A DNA stretch of 64,000 bases from Treponema sp. (GTDB lineage Bacteria > Spirochaetota > Spirochaetia > Treponematales > Treponemataceae). The notes under the pieces were generated by a model. That model worked only from the letters and a program-made list of their open reading frames with translations, did not search any database and was not told where the DNA came from. Numbering within the stretch: position 1 is the first letter of the stretch; every line of letters starts with the position of its first letter. The position numbers and the translations under genes were made by a program. Positions 29,557-39,197 of the stretch are shown here, in pieces. The stretch covers positions 11,520 to 75,519 of the forward strand of contig JAFZYR010000027.1 in the NCBI GenBank assembly GCA_017616165.1. The letters run 5' to 3'.

Positions 29557-31122
29557 ATGACAGAGCTGGAAACCAGAGTCCGAGTTCCATTCCTTTGGGG
29601 CAAATCGGTCTTTAAGAAAACGCGATGGTCTCAGATCAACCTCATCGTTGGACCCAACGGCTCTGGTAAAACAATCCTTGCTCAGGAGCTCACAAAGCAG
29701 TTCGAAGCCTCCGGTAAATCAGTAAAGTTCATCAGCGCAGAACGGGACAGCGACAATATTTCAATTCTGCGCGACAACGAAAAAATCCGAACAAAGACAG
29801 AAAAAGTCCTTTCCGAAATGTTTGGAAAATCAATTACATTTATAGAAGATATTGACGGCACCTTTATTCCAATCGTACGCAACCGTGCCTGGAATGTTGA
29901 ATACATGATGGAAGACGCCGAATGCCACGGACTTCAGAAAATCATTTCGCTGCTGATTAACCTGTACTCTTCCACGACAGACATCGTGATTTTTGATGAA
30001 CCCGAGCTGCACCTTCACCCGCAGTTCCAGCTTTTTTTTATGAACGAAATCCGCCAGGAAGCCAAGCATCATGTAAACAAGCTGTTCTTTTTAATCACAC
30101 ACTCGCCTTTCTTTATTGACCTTCGAACTCCGGAAGACCTTGAAGGCGTAATTGTCTGCCACATAAACAGACCGCCTACTCATATAGAAGAATTGAGCCG
30201 CGAGGACGAGGCTTTGTTCAAACGCTTCCTCCCCCGCTTTAATACCTACCACAAGCAGTTTTTCTTTTCTGACAATCAGATCTTTGTTGAAGGCTACACC
30301 GACCAGCAGCTGTTTACATATCTTTTGCCATATGTAGAAAACAAAGCAAATATTGCAGGCACCAGCGTAATTGATGTTGGCGGCAAGGATGAGCTTGGAG
30401 TTTTCTGTAAGGTTTGTTCGCTCATCGGTACAGATGCCAGAATCATTACAGACTTAGACTCCCTCTTTAGCGGCAAGCTCCGCGATGTAGTATGCCGTGA
30501 CGAACGAGTAGAACACTGGCTTGAAAAACAAGCCGAAAAGCAGGAAGCCTTTTTCCAGAAGATTTTTTCCGTAAAAGAACGCGCCATGCCAATCACCCTG
30601 GACAAGCTTATTTTCCGACTTGAAAGATATATTCTGGCGATTGGTACAGAGATAACTGAAATTTATAACGGCCCTTCGACATGCTCAGGAACCCCAGACG
30701 AGTCTGCACACAAACTCACCCCCGAAACAAAGCTCTGGCTTACAAAGCTGGCTGCTCTTCAGACCAAGCACGAAAACGCAGATGCAGTTGATACATATAA
30801 AACAGTCCTTTTACAAGGCATTCTCAAAAATACAGAAGACTTAAACAATATCTTAAGCGAGCAGCTTGCCGCTACCCTACCTATAATAAAAAATTTAAGC
30901 TCCCTTGTTTTCGCCGCCGCCGAAAGTGCCCGCGTTTACATCCTTCACAAAGGTTGCATCGAACATTACTACACCCGCAGCGTCGTAAACTACATGCCGG
31001 TCTCAGGCAAAGATAAGCTCTTCCGCGAAGAACTGGACTTCATAATGGACACCCGCCCAAAAACCGTCCGCAAGCAGTACGAACCACTCATCTTTTTACT
31101 CGAAGCCGCAACCTCAAAATAA
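29557..31122 (+). CDS. OLD-family ATP-dependent nuclease (ABC ATPase + TOPRIM)
   Basis: GPNGSGKT, FDEPELHLHP, ITHSP, FVEGYTD, DVGGK, ITDLD. Confidence 0.82.
   Translation: MTELETRVRVPFLWGKSVFKKTRWSQINLIVGPNGSGKTILAQELTKQFEASGKSVKFISAERDSDNISILRDNEKIRTKTEKVLSEMFGKSITFIEDIDGTFIPIVRNRAWNVEYMMEDAECHGLQKIISLLINLYSSTTDIVIFDEPELHLHPQFQLFFMNEIRQEAKHHVNKLFFLITHSPFFIDLRTPEDLEGVIVCHINRPPTHIEELSREDEALFKRFLPRFNTYHKQFFFSDNQIFVEGYTDQQLFTYLLPYVENKANIAGTSVIDVGGKDELGVFCKVCSLIGTDARIITDLDSLFSGKLRDVVCRDERVEHWLEKQAEKQEAFFQKIFSVKERAMPITLDKLIFRLERYILAIGTEITEIYNGPSTCSGTPDESAHKLTPETKLWLTKLAALQTKHENADAVDTYKTVLLQGILKNTEDLNNILSEQLAATLPIIKNLSSLVFAAAESARVYILHKGCIEHYYTRSVVNYMPVSGKDKLFREELDFIMDTRPKTVRKQYEPLIFLLEAATSK
30671..30693. 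repeat. Single REP-like family B copy, in frame inside the OLD gene
   Basis: GCCCTTCGACATGCTCAGGAACC, near-identical to the intergenic copy at 48088. Confidence 0.82.
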
Positions 31123-31192
31123 AAGAAAAATTGCGCCATGCCATTTCCTGTGTTATAATTAAATAAACTAAAAAATCAGGAGTTTTCAAAAA

Positions 31193-32719
31193 ATGACAGG
31201 AACATTCTGGGCTTTGGTGCCGGCAATCGTTGCTATTGCTCTGGCGCTCATTTCTAAGGAAGTTTATTCTTCCCTTTTTGTTGGTATTGTAATTGGTGGT
31301 ATTTTCTATGCCATTGATGCAGGAACCGGATTCACAGGATTTTTGACCCACGTTTTTACAGACGGATTTGCAGGCTCACTTGCAGACGCTTATAACGTTG
31401 GTATTCTGGTATTCCTGGTTCTGCTGGGAATTATGGTTGCCCTTATGAACAAGGCAGGCGGATCTGCAGCCTTTGGACGCTGGGCAAAAAAGCATATCAA
31501 GTCTAAGGTTGGCGCACAGGTTGCAACAATCTTTCTTGGTATGGCAATTTTCATTGACGACTACTTTAACTGTCTTACTGTAGGTTCTGTAATGAAACCA
31601 GTTACAGATAAATACGGTGTTTCAAAAGAAAAGCTTTCATATCTGATTGACTCTACAGCTGCTCCGGTTTGTATTATCGCTCCGGTTTCTTCATGGGCTG
31701 CCGCAGTTGCAGGCTTTGTTACAGAAGGCGAAAACGGAATCGGACTTTTCTGTAAGGCTATTCCTTTCAACTTCTACGCTATCATGACTTTGTTTATGAT
31801 GTTTGCAATGGTATTCATGAAGTTTGAATACGGACAGATGTCTAAGTACGAAAAAGCTCTTGCTATTATGAGCGAAGAGCCAACAGAAGAAGAAGCTGCC
31901 GCTGCTGATGCAAAGGGCAAGGTAATTGATCTTATTCTTCCTGTAATCGTACTCATCATTCTTTGTGTAATCGGTTTGATTTATTCAGGCGGATTCTTTG
32001 ATGGTGAATCTGATTCTTACCTGCGCTTTATTGATGCCTTCTCTAACGCAGATGCTTCGATTGGTTTGCTTTACGGTTCCTTCGGTGCTTTGATTATTGC
32101 AATCATCTTCTACCTTTGCCGCAGAGTTCTTACATTTAAGGATGCAGCTGCATGTATTCCGGAAGGCTTTAAGGCAATGGTACCTGCTATCTTGATTTTG
32201 ACTTTGGCATGGACACTCAAAGGCATGACAGACAGCCTTGGTGCAAAGGATTATGTAGCTGGTCTTGTAGAAGGCAGTGCAGCCGGACTTAAGATGTTCC
32301 TCCCTGCAATTATCTTTGCAATTGCCTGCTTCCTTGCATTTGCAACAGGAACCTCTTGGGGAACCTTTGGTATTTTGATTCCTATCTGTATTGCAGCCTT
32401 CCCAGAAGGAGCAATCAGAATTGTTTCAATTTCTGCTTGTATGGCTGGTGCTGTTTGTGGTGACCATTGTTCTCCAATTTCTGATACAACAATCATGGCT
32501 TCGGCCGGTGCTCAGTGTGAACACGTAAATCACGTTGCTACTCAGCTTCCATATGCAATTACCTGTGCGGCAGTTGCATTTGTAACATACATTGTTGCAG
32601 GAATTACCTTAGGCCTTGGAATTGTAGCTTCTTGTATAATTTCATGGATTGCAGGTCTTGCACTTCTGTTTGGAGTTTTGTTCTTCATCAAGAACAAGCA
32701 GAAGAAGGTAGAAGCATAA
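31193..32719 (+). CDS. NhaC-family Na+/H+ antiporter-like transporter
   Basis: IFIDDYFNCL, IDSTAAPVC, ATGTSWGTFGI, GDHCSPISDTT. Confidence 0.88.
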   Translation: MTGTFWALVPAIVAIALALISKEVYSSLFVGIVIGGIFYAIDAGTGFTGFLTHVFTDGFAGSLADAYNVGILVFLVLLGIMVALMNKAGGSAAFGRWAKKHIKSKVGAQVATIFLGMAIFIDDYFNCLTVGSVMKPVTDKYGVSKEKLSYLIDSTAAPVCIIAPVSSWAAAVAGFVTEGENGIGLFCKAIPFNFYAIMTLFMMFAMVFMKFEYGQMSKYEKALAIMSEEPTEEEAAAADAKGKVIDLILPVIVLIILCVIGLIYSGGFFDGESDSYLRFIDAFSNADASIGLLYGSFGALIIAIIFYLCRRVLTFKDAAACIPEGFKAMVPAILILTLAWTLKGMTDSLGAKDYVAGLVEGSAAGLKMFLPAIIFAIACFLAFATGTSWGTFGILIPICIAAFPEGAIRIVSISACMAGAVCGDHCSPISDTTIMASAGAQCEHVNHVATQLPYAITCAAVAFVTYIVAGITLGLGIVASCIISWIAGLALLFGVLFFIKNKQKKVEA

Positions 32720-32721
32720 CA

Positions 32722-32790
32722 CGTCATTGCGAGCGAAGCGCGGCAATCCACTTACTAGATTGCCACGTCGCTACGCTCCTCGCAATGACG
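32722..32790. repeat. REP-like family A inverted doublet between convergent genes
   Basis: CGTCATTGCGAGCGAAGCGCGGCAATCCAC ... TAGATTGCCACGTCGCTACGCTCCTCGCAATGACG. Confidence 0.92.
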
Positions 32791-32798
32791 AGGTTGAC

Positions 32799-33857
32799 TT
32801 ACATTTTTCGCAATGACGAGACAATTTTAGAGGCCGCGGCCTGATGGGTTTTATAGCCCGGATGTCCGCGGCTTCCTTTTTCTTGGGGCGTTTTTTCCAG
32901 CTCATCAAGAGATTCAAGCTCAAGAGTGTATACGTTTTTATCGCCTGATTCGGCCTTGTATTCTTCAACAGCCTTTTGAATGAGTGAAGGCACAGAGTGA
33001 AGCTTAAGCATTCCCCAGCACCATAAGATTTTTGCATCAGGATTGTGCGAACGGATAACGGTGAGGAATTGTTTTACTGCAGAGATGATTTCTTCTGGCA
33101 TGCCTGCATTCATTCCACTTTCATCATTAGTTCCAAGATTAATCACAACAAAATCTGAACCACGGCCACCATTAAAATCCCACTTTTCCTGTGAACCCAG
33201 CGAAACACTATTAGTATCCTTCAAAACAGAACAAACCTGCTCATAATGCGGCGGAATCTTACAATCCCTGTTACCATCCCAGGCCCAGCAGATTCCCCAG
33301 CCGCTTTTTCCCATAGTGTTCCAGTCGGCATCCATAAGCTTTGCAGTCTGAACGGCATAGGTTTTACTTGCACTCATCCACTGACAGATCCAGTCCATTT
33401 CATCAGGAGCACCTACAGTTCCCTCACCGGCGGTAATGCTGTCGCCAATAAATTCAATAGAATACTTTCGCGGTGCAACAGGAACAAACTCCCCTGCTTC
33501 ATCAAGCCCAAGAGCATGAATCACAAGTGAATGTGTAGAATCCTCACTCATAGGCTGAGTATCTTTAATAATAGAAATAAGATTTTCTTTTTCCGGGTTC
33601 ATATTACGGGCAAGACAATACCAGGTCTTTTCCTTATTGAGCATAAAGCGGCTTACCAGCGCACCGTTAATTTCAACTGCAAGCCACTGTTCAAGATTAT
33701 CATAAGTAGTAGAAATACAAGCCCAGATTTCGCGAGCCTTTATATTAACTTCAAGTGCTGCTCCACCCCAGAACAAAGGAAGGGCGTCATCGTTTTTATA
33801 TGCATTACGCCCAAGAATTCTTTTATTTTCAATCTTGTTAATTTTATATTCTTTCAT
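32799..33857 (-). CDS. SGNH/GDSL esterase, CE2-like carbohydrate acetylesterase
   Basis: IEFIGDSITAGEG, SGWG, INLGTND, GHP. Confidence 0.8.
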   Translation of the reverse strand: MKEYKINKIENKRILGRNAYKNDDALPLFWGGAALEVNIKAREIWACISTTYDNLEQWLAVEINGALVSRFMLNKEKTWYCLARNMNPEKENLISIIKDTQPMSEDSTHSLVIHALGLDEAGEFVPVAPRKYSIEFIGDSITAGEGTVGAPDEMDWICQWMSASKTYAVQTAKLMDADWNTMGKSGWGICWAWDGNRDCKIPPHYEQVCSVLKDTNSVSLGSQEKWDFNGGRGSDFVVINLGTNDESGMNAGMPEEIISAVKQFLTVIRSHNPDAKILWCWGMLKLHSVPSLIQKAVEEYKAESGDKNVYTLELESLDELEKTPQEKGSRGHPGYKTHQAAASKIVSSLRKM

Positions 33858-33913
33858 ATAATAAAGATATAACAAAAAGAAAATAAAATCATCACATATA
33901 TATGGAGTTTTTT

Positions 33914-34933
33914 ATGAGTAAAATAATCAGCGGCGGCAATTTGCCAAATATTCCATGGCAGGATAAACCAAAGGACTGGTGGCTTCCTATCTGGCGTTAC
34001 AGCGAAAATCCTGTAATTGACCGAAATCCTTTTCCCGGAATGGGACGCATTTTTAACAGTGCTGTAGTTCCTTTTAACGGTAAGTTCAAGGGAGTTTTCC
34101 GTTCAGAAGATGCACATGCACGTCCTTTCCTTTATCTTGGAGATTCAGACGACGGTATTCACTGGGAATTTGAGCGCGAAAAGGTTCACATGCATGACCC
34201 AGACGGCAAGCCTCATGATCCGTTTTATGCCTACGACCCGCGCTGTGTTCTTATTGACGGAACCTACTACATTATGTGGTGTGGAGACTTTGACGGTGCA
34301 GCCATTGGTGTTGCAAGCACAAAGGATTTTAAGGATTTTACACGTCTTGAAAATCCATTCCTGCCTTTTAACCGTAACGCTGTACTCTTCCCTCGCAAAA
34401 TTAATGGAAAATATATAATGCTCAGTCGCCCAAGTGACTCAGGACATACTCCATTCGGCGATATTCTTCTTTCTCAGTCACCTGATATGAAATACTGGGG
34501 CGAACATCGTCTTGTTATGCAGAAGGGCGGTGATGGCTGGTGGCAGGGACTCAAAATCGGCTGTGGTCCTGCTCCTATAGAAACTGATGAAGGCTGGCTC
34601 ATGTTCTATCACGGAGTTTGTCAGACCTGCTCAGGCTATGTATATTCCTTCTCTGCCGCAATTCTGGATATTGATAATCCTTCCATCGTAAAATACCGCT
34701 GTGGGGATTATATGCTCACTCCTGAAGAAATCTATGAAACAACAGGCTTTGTACCAAACGTATGCTTCCCTGTTGCAGCACTCACCGATGAAGCAACAGG
34801 TCGCATTGCAATTTACTACGGCTGTGCAGATACAGTTACAGGCCTTTGCTTTACAACCGTAGATGAAACAATCAAGTACATTAAGGACCACAACGAGCTT
34901 GGCTATTGGGACAAGGACGAAGGTCGGTTCTAA
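33914..34933 (+). CDS. GH130 beta-mannoside phosphorylase (beta-1,4-mannooligosaccharide type)
   Basis: IFNSAVV, YDPR, NRNAVLFPRKING, SRPSDSGHTPFGDI, GFVPNVCFP, YYGCAD. Confidence 0.92.
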   Translation: MSKIISGGNLPNIPWQDKPKDWWLPIWRYSENPVIDRNPFPGMGRIFNSAVVPFNGKFKGVFRSEDAHARPFLYLGDSDDGIHWEFEREKVHMHDPDGKPHDPFYAYDPRCVLIDGTYYIMWCGDFDGAAIGVASTKDFKDFTRLENPFLPFNRNAVLFPRKINGKYIMLSRPSDSGHTPFGDILLSQSPDMKYWGEHRLVMQKGGDGWWQGLKIGCGPAPIETDEGWLMFYHGVCQTCSGYVYSFSAAILDIDNPSIVKYRCGDYMLTPEEIYETTGFVPNVCFPVAALTDEATGRIAIYYGCADTVTGLCFTTVDETIKYIKDHNELGYWDKDEGRF

Positions 34934-34938
34934 TATAA

Positions 34939-35010
34939 TGGATTGCTTCGCCTTCGGCTCGCAATGACATGTCATTGCGAGGAGGTAACGAAGTGTACGA
35001 CGCGGCAATC
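34939..35010. repeat. REP-like family A inverted doublet
   Basis: TGGATTGCTTCGCCTTCGGCTCGCAATGACATGTCATTGCGAGGAGGTAACGAAGTGTACGACGCGGCAATC. Confidence 0.9.
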
Positions 35011-35025
35011 TTCACAGGAGAATTC

Positions 35026-37230
35026 ATGATTTCATTCAATAAAGCAACAAGTACATTCCGTCTGGACACGACCAATTCAACCTACTGCATTACAATTGCG
35101 GCTAAAGGTTATGTTGCACACACTTATTACGGTGCAAAAATTGCAGAGGATGATGTAAGCTATCTTACCCGTCAGATGGAATATCCGTTTGCTGATTCTC
35201 CTGTATTCCGCGAAAAGCTTAGTCTGCTGGATTTTCTTCCACAGGAATATCCGACGGACGGAGTTGGTGATTTCAGAAGGTCTGCGTTAGCAATAACTAA
35301 CAGCACTGGCAACAACGCTGTTGAACTTAAATACAAGGAATACAAAATCATAGACGGCTGCCCTGCCCTTACAGGATTACCCTGCGTATTCGACAAATCA
35401 AACAAGGTACAGACTCTTATTATAACAACTGTGGACAATGTGCTTGGCGTAGAGATTGAGCTTTACTACACAGTTTTTGACGACACAGATGCAATCGTTC
35501 GTTCTTCAAAAATCATTTCGCATGCAGCAGACGCGGTTTATATTAAAAAAGCAATGTCGCTTGCCTTTGATATGGACAATGACGAATACGACACTATCAC
35601 CTTAAACGGCTCCTGGGCACGAGAACGCCACCTTGACCGCCATCCTGTTCACATGGGAATTCAGGAGGCCTGCAGTATACGCGGAGAAACAAGCCACCAG
35701 GAGCATCCGTTCATGGCAATCCTTGAAAAGACTGCCGGCTGGAATAACGGAAACGTTTATGGCGTAAACTTTATTTATTCAGGAAACTTCAGTGCAGTTA
35801 TTCAGCGTAACCAGTTTGATTCACTGCGCGTTCTTATGGGAATTAATCCCGAAAACTTTTGCTGGAAGCTTGAGCCGGGTGCTGCATTTGAAACACCACA
35901 GGCTGTACTCACTTTCTCTAACCAGGGTTTGAATGGAATGAGCCATGCCTTCCACGACCTTTACCGCAATCATATTATCCGCTCACCATATAAAAACCAG
36001 ATGCGTCCTATTCTTATCAATAACTGGGAAGCAACCTATTTTAATTTTGATACACAAAAGCTTCTGGACATTGCACGCGAAGCCCACAAGGACGGAATTG
36101 AAATGCTTGTAATGGACGACGGCTGGTTTGGCAAACGAAGCTTTGATGATTCGAGTCTTGGCGACTGGGTTGTTAATGAAGAAAAGCTGCAGGGCGGACT
36201 TAAAAACCTTGTTGAACAGGTAAATAAAATTGGAATGAAGTTTGGAATCTGGTTTGAGCCCGAGATGGTTTCTAAAGATTCAGATCTGCTCAGAGCTCAT
36301 CCGGATTGGGCTATTCAGATTAAGGGCCGCGAACCCGGAATGGCACGCGCTCAGTTTGTTCTGGATATTACCCGTAAGGAAGTCCGCGACTACATAATGA
36401 ACAGCGTAGAAACAATTCTGCGCTCTGCAAATATTGAATATGTAAAATGGGATATGAACCGCCAGATTTGTGATGTTGGAAGCGTTGATCTTCCTGCCGA
36501 CCAGCTTGGTGAATATTTCCATCGTTATGTTCTTGCAATTTACAGCATGCAGGAGCAGCTTATTACAGATTTTCCTGAGCTTCTGCTTGAAAACTGTTCC
36601 AGCGGCGGTGCACGCTTTGACCCTGGAATGTTCTATTACAGTCCGCAGATCTGGTGCAGTGATGATACAGATGCGATTGAACGTCTTGCGATCCAGGAAG
36701 GCACTGCGCTTGTTTACCCTCTTAGCACAATGGGCGCCCATGTTAGTGTTTGCCCTAACCATGCCTGCGGAAGAGTAACTCCTTTTAAAACCCGCGGCTA
36801 TGTTGCCTTGAGCGGAACCTTTGGCTACGAGCTTGATATTACAAAATTAAGCGAAGAAGATCGACAGATGATTCCAAGGCAGATTGCGCTTTATAAAAAG
36901 TTCAGTCCGCTTGTTCGAGAAGGAGACTACTATAAGATTGCAGCCGCCTCAGAAAACGGAGAATATGACTGCTGGGCAAGTATTAGCAGCGACAAAACTC
37001 GAGCGCTTGTGACATTTATTCAGTTATTTAATCATCCAAATTACAAGACTAGAATGATAAAGCTTGCAGGTCTGGACGCCAACAAGGTTTATAACATAAC
37101 CTGGCCGGACGAAGACCAGCAAAAATTCCCGCCGATGAAGCTTGCGGGTTCTACAATTATGAATGCAGGTATTCCTATCCGACGCGATTGGGGGGATTAC
37201 CAGGGACAGCTCATTTATCTGGAAGGATAG
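35026..37230 (+). CDS. GH36 alpha-galactosidase
   Basis: ATG after AGGAG; NNWEATYF, VMDDGWFG, KFGIWFEPEMV, YVKWDMNR, CSSGGARFD, WCSDDTD. Confidence 0.95.
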   Translation: MISFNKATSTFRLDTTNSTYCITIAAKGYVAHTYYGAKIAEDDVSYLTRQMEYPFADSPVFREKLSLLDFLPQEYPTDGVGDFRRSALAITNSTGNNAVELKYKEYKIIDGCPALTGLPCVFDKSNKVQTLIITTVDNVLGVEIELYYTVFDDTDAIVRSSKIISHAADAVYIKKAMSLAFDMDNDEYDTITLNGSWARERHLDRHPVHMGIQEACSIRGETSHQEHPFMAILEKTAGWNNGNVYGVNFIYSGNFSAVIQRNQFDSLRVLMGINPENFCWKLEPGAAFETPQAVLTFSNQGLNGMSHAFHDLYRNHIIRSPYKNQMRPILINNWEATYFNFDTQKLLDIAREAHKDGIEMLVMDDGWFGKRSFDDSSLGDWVVNEEKLQGGLKNLVEQVNKIGMKFGIWFEPEMVSKDSDLLRAHPDWAIQIKGREPGMARAQFVLDITRKEVRDYIMNSVETILRSANIEYVKWDMNRQICDVGSVDLPADQLGEYFHRYVLAIYSMQEQLITDFPELLLENCSSGGARFDPGMFYYSPQIWCSDDTDAIERLAIQEGTALVYPLSTMGAHVSVCPNHACGRVTPFKTRGYVALSGTFGYELDITKLSEEDRQMIPRQIALYKKFSPLVREGDYYKIAAASENGEYDCWASISSDKTRALVTFIQLFNHPNYKTRMIKLAGLDANKVYNITWPDEDQQKFPPMKLAGSTIMNAGIPIRRDWGDYQGQLIYLEG

Positions 37231-37256
37231 ATTGTCGGGTCAAGCCCGACAATGAC
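37227..37256. repeat. REP-like family C hairpin overlapping the GH36 stop codon
   Basis: ATAGATTGTCGGGTCAAGCCCGACAATGAC; has the same GATTG...CAATGAC ends as family A. Confidence 0.82.
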
Positions 37257-37264
37257 ATGACATA

Positions 37265-37354
37265 CGTCATTGCGAGGAGCATAGCGACGTGGCAATCCAG
37301 ACATTAACATGCATTTTCATACATGGATTGCTTCGCCTACGGCTCGCAATGACG
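37265..37354. repeat. REP-like family A inverted doublet; the second copy overlaps the recX 3' end
   Basis: CGTCATTGCGAGGAGCATAGCGACGTGGCAATCCA ... TGGATTGCTTCGCCTACGGCTCGCAATGACG. Confidence 0.92.
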
Positions 37355-37936
37355 AATTAATTTGTAAGAAAAACCCGCTTTCATTAATGCTGCAATAAGC
37401 TTATCCCCTTCCTTACCCTGCTTTACAAACTTAGCGTAGGCCTTGGCGCAAATCTCATTTTCATCATTTTCTTCAAAAAACTCATCAAGTGCAGCCGTTG
37501 CAACCTCGCGGCCAATTCCACGTGCTCCAAGCTCTGCGGCAAGCTTAGTTCTGCCTTCAAAATGATTTATACGCCTATCATGCAGCCAGGCCCTTGCATA
37601 ACGCGCATCACTCAAGTAGCCACGGCCTTCAAGATAAGTCAATGCGGCATCAATATATTTTTTATCGTATTTTTTATTTACAAGCTTTTGGGTAAGACCA
37701 AAACGGCTCTGTTCAGCTCTTGCAAGATAACCCACTGCCTTGAGCTCTACAACACAAATCAAGCCCGCATCCAATATTTCATCAGTCTGCTGTTCATTAA
37801 ACTCTGCACCTGGCTCAAGCAAATCAAAATCAAGAGTGGGAAGATAATCTTTTCGGATATAAAAAGCAGGTCCCTCTGCAGGAGTTACGCGGAACATTCC
37901 CTCATACGAAGTTTCTGCAATGTTTTTTATGGTCAT
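37337..37936 (-). CDS. recX: Regulatory protein RecX
   Basis: YLARAEQS, L.QKL, GYLSDARYA, ELGARGI, LMKAGFS; start moved to MTIK. Confidence 0.85.
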   Translation of the reverse strand: MTIKNIAETSYEGMFRVTPAEGPAFYIRKDYLPTLDFDLLEPGAEFNEQQTDEILDAGLICVVELKAVGYLARAEQSRFGLTQKLVNKKYDKKYIDAALTYLEGRGYLSDARYARAWLHDRRINHFEGRTKLAAELGARGIGREVATAALDEFFEENDENEICAKAYAKFVKQGKEGDKLIAALMKAGFSYKLIRHCEP

Positions 37937-37971
37937 AGAAACATAATATATTAAATAAATGCTTTTTGTAA

Positions 37972-38044
37972 GTGGATTGCCGCGCTTCGCTCGCAACGAC
38001 AGTGCCATCGTCATTGCGAGGAGCGTAGCGACGTGGCAATCCAT
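37972..38044. repeat. REP-like family A inverted doublet
   Basis: GTGGATTGCCGCGCTTCGCTCGCAACGAC ... CGTCATTGCGAGGAGCGTAGCGACGTGGCAATCCAT. Confidence 0.92.
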
Positions 38045-38048
38045 AAAT

Positions 38049-38079
38049 AAAAAAAGCCCGGCCATAAGACCGAGCTTTT
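38049..38079 (-). terminator. Rho-independent terminator after rpsI
   Basis: Minus strand AAAAGCTCGG-loop-CCGGGCTTTTTTT. Confidence 0.75.
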
Positions 38080-38096
38080 GCAATATCTCCGTGCGC

Positions 38097-38118
38097 CCCT
38101 TCGAGAGCCTCAGGGACC
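38097..38118. repeat. Intergenic REP-like family B copy
   Basis: CCCTTCGAGAGCCTCAGGGACC, identical to the copy inside queA. Confidence 0.9.
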
Positions 38119-38133
38119 GCAGGATACATAATA

Positions 38134-38526
38134 CTAACGCTTTGAGAACTGGAAGCGGCGACGAGCACCCTTCTGTCCGTACTTCTTACGCTCAACCATA
38201 CGAGAGTCGCGTGTAAGGTATCCGTTAGCTTTAAGAGCTGTACGTGCATCTGGATCAATCTGAACGAGTGCACGAGAAATACCATGCAAGCAGGCTGCAG
38301 CCTGACCGTTCAAACCGCCACCGCATACATTGATAAGAATGTCATATTTGTTTCCCATTGAAGTTACAAGGAGAGGCTGATTAACAAGCTGAAGCTGTTC
38401 AGCAGAATTAAAATATTCCTTTGCATCCTTTCCGTTTACAACAATTTTTCCAGAGCCGTCGCGAACAAAAACGCGGGCAACAGCTGTCTTTCTTCTACCT
38501 GTACCAATAGCAATATTCTTTACCAT
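38134..38526 (-). CDS. rpsI: 30S ribosomal protein S9
   Basis: [23 protein letters not shown]. Confidence 0.99.
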   Translation of the reverse strand: MVKNIAIGTGRRKTAVARVFVRDGSGKIVVNGKDAKEYFNSAEQLQLVNQPLLVTSMGNKYDILINVCGGGLNGQAAACLHGISRALVQIDPDARTALKANGYLTRDSRMVERKKYGQKGARRRFQFSKR

Positions 38527-38542
38527 CGTCTAACTCCCGTAA

Positions 38543-38971
38543 TTAAAGTTCAACCGGCTGCGGATTCTGTGCAGCGTGAGGGTGTTCTGCCCCTGCATAA
38601 ATCTTAACGCAATCCATCATCTTGCGACCAAGACGACCACCAGGAAGCATTCCTTCTACAGCAAACTTCATTGGGTCTGTAGGATGCTTTTCAGCAAGCT
38701 TTTCATAAGTATGAGCACGAAGTCCACCAACAAAACCAGTGTGATGATAGTAAATCTTCTTCTGTTCCTTACCACCAGTAAGAGCAGCTTTTTCTGCATT
38801 GATGATAACTACGAAATCGCCCATAAGCTGATTCTTTGTATAAGTAGCTTTGTTCTTTCCGCGGGCAATAGCAGCAGCCTTAGCAGCAACACGACCCATT
38901 GGTTTTCCAGCCGCATCAATAATATACCATTTGCGGACCTGGTCATTTTCATTTACGAAAATAGTTTTCAT
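38543..38971 (-). CDS. rplM: 50S ribosomal protein L13
   Basis: WYIIDA, GDFVVIINAEK, GMLP, HPHAAQNP. Confidence 0.99.
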   Translation of the reverse strand: MKTIFVNENDQVRKWYIIDAAGKPMGRVAAKAAAIARGKNKATYTKNQLMGDFVVIINAEKAALTGGKEQKKIYYHHTGFVGGLRAHTYEKLAEKHPTDPMKFAVEGMLPGGRLGRKMMDCVKIYAGAEHPHAAQNPQPVEL

Positions 38972-39085
38972 AATAATCCCTTGAATTAAAAAAATTTCTT
39001 GTAACGCAGGATTTTTGCATCGTATCCCTTGTTACTAAATGCTCCCGGATGAGCAGTCCAGGAGCATTTATTTAACGGGTATAAT

Positions 39086-39114
39086 ATAATATGATTTTTC
39101 AGATAATTAGTCAA
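39086..39114 (-). promoter_or_regulatory. Sigma70 promoter of rplM-rpsI
   Basis: TTGACT-17-TATTAT on the minus strand. Confidence 0.6.
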
Positions 39115-39122
39115 TTACCTGA

Positions 39123-39179
39123 TTAAAGTAGTAAACCTAAAAATTGCCTTCGCAATTTTTTTAACGGTTTGCTATTTAA
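39123..39179. terminator. Long hairpin downstream of efp
   Basis: AAAAATTGC-CTTC-GCAATTTTT core with outer arms TAGTAAACC / GGTTTGCTA. Confidence 0.55.
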
Positions 39180-39197
39180 CACCGGCCGCCAGCGGCC

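Noticed and set aside
34969-35025. N-terminal extension MSLRGGNEVYDAAI on the GH36 ORF
   Set aside because: It is read-through of an upstream REP copy; ATG 35026 has a good AGGAG site.
37937-38083. N-terminal extension of recX (MDCHVATLLAMT...)
   Set aside because: It is translation of an intergenic REP doublet and terminator; the real start is probably 37936.
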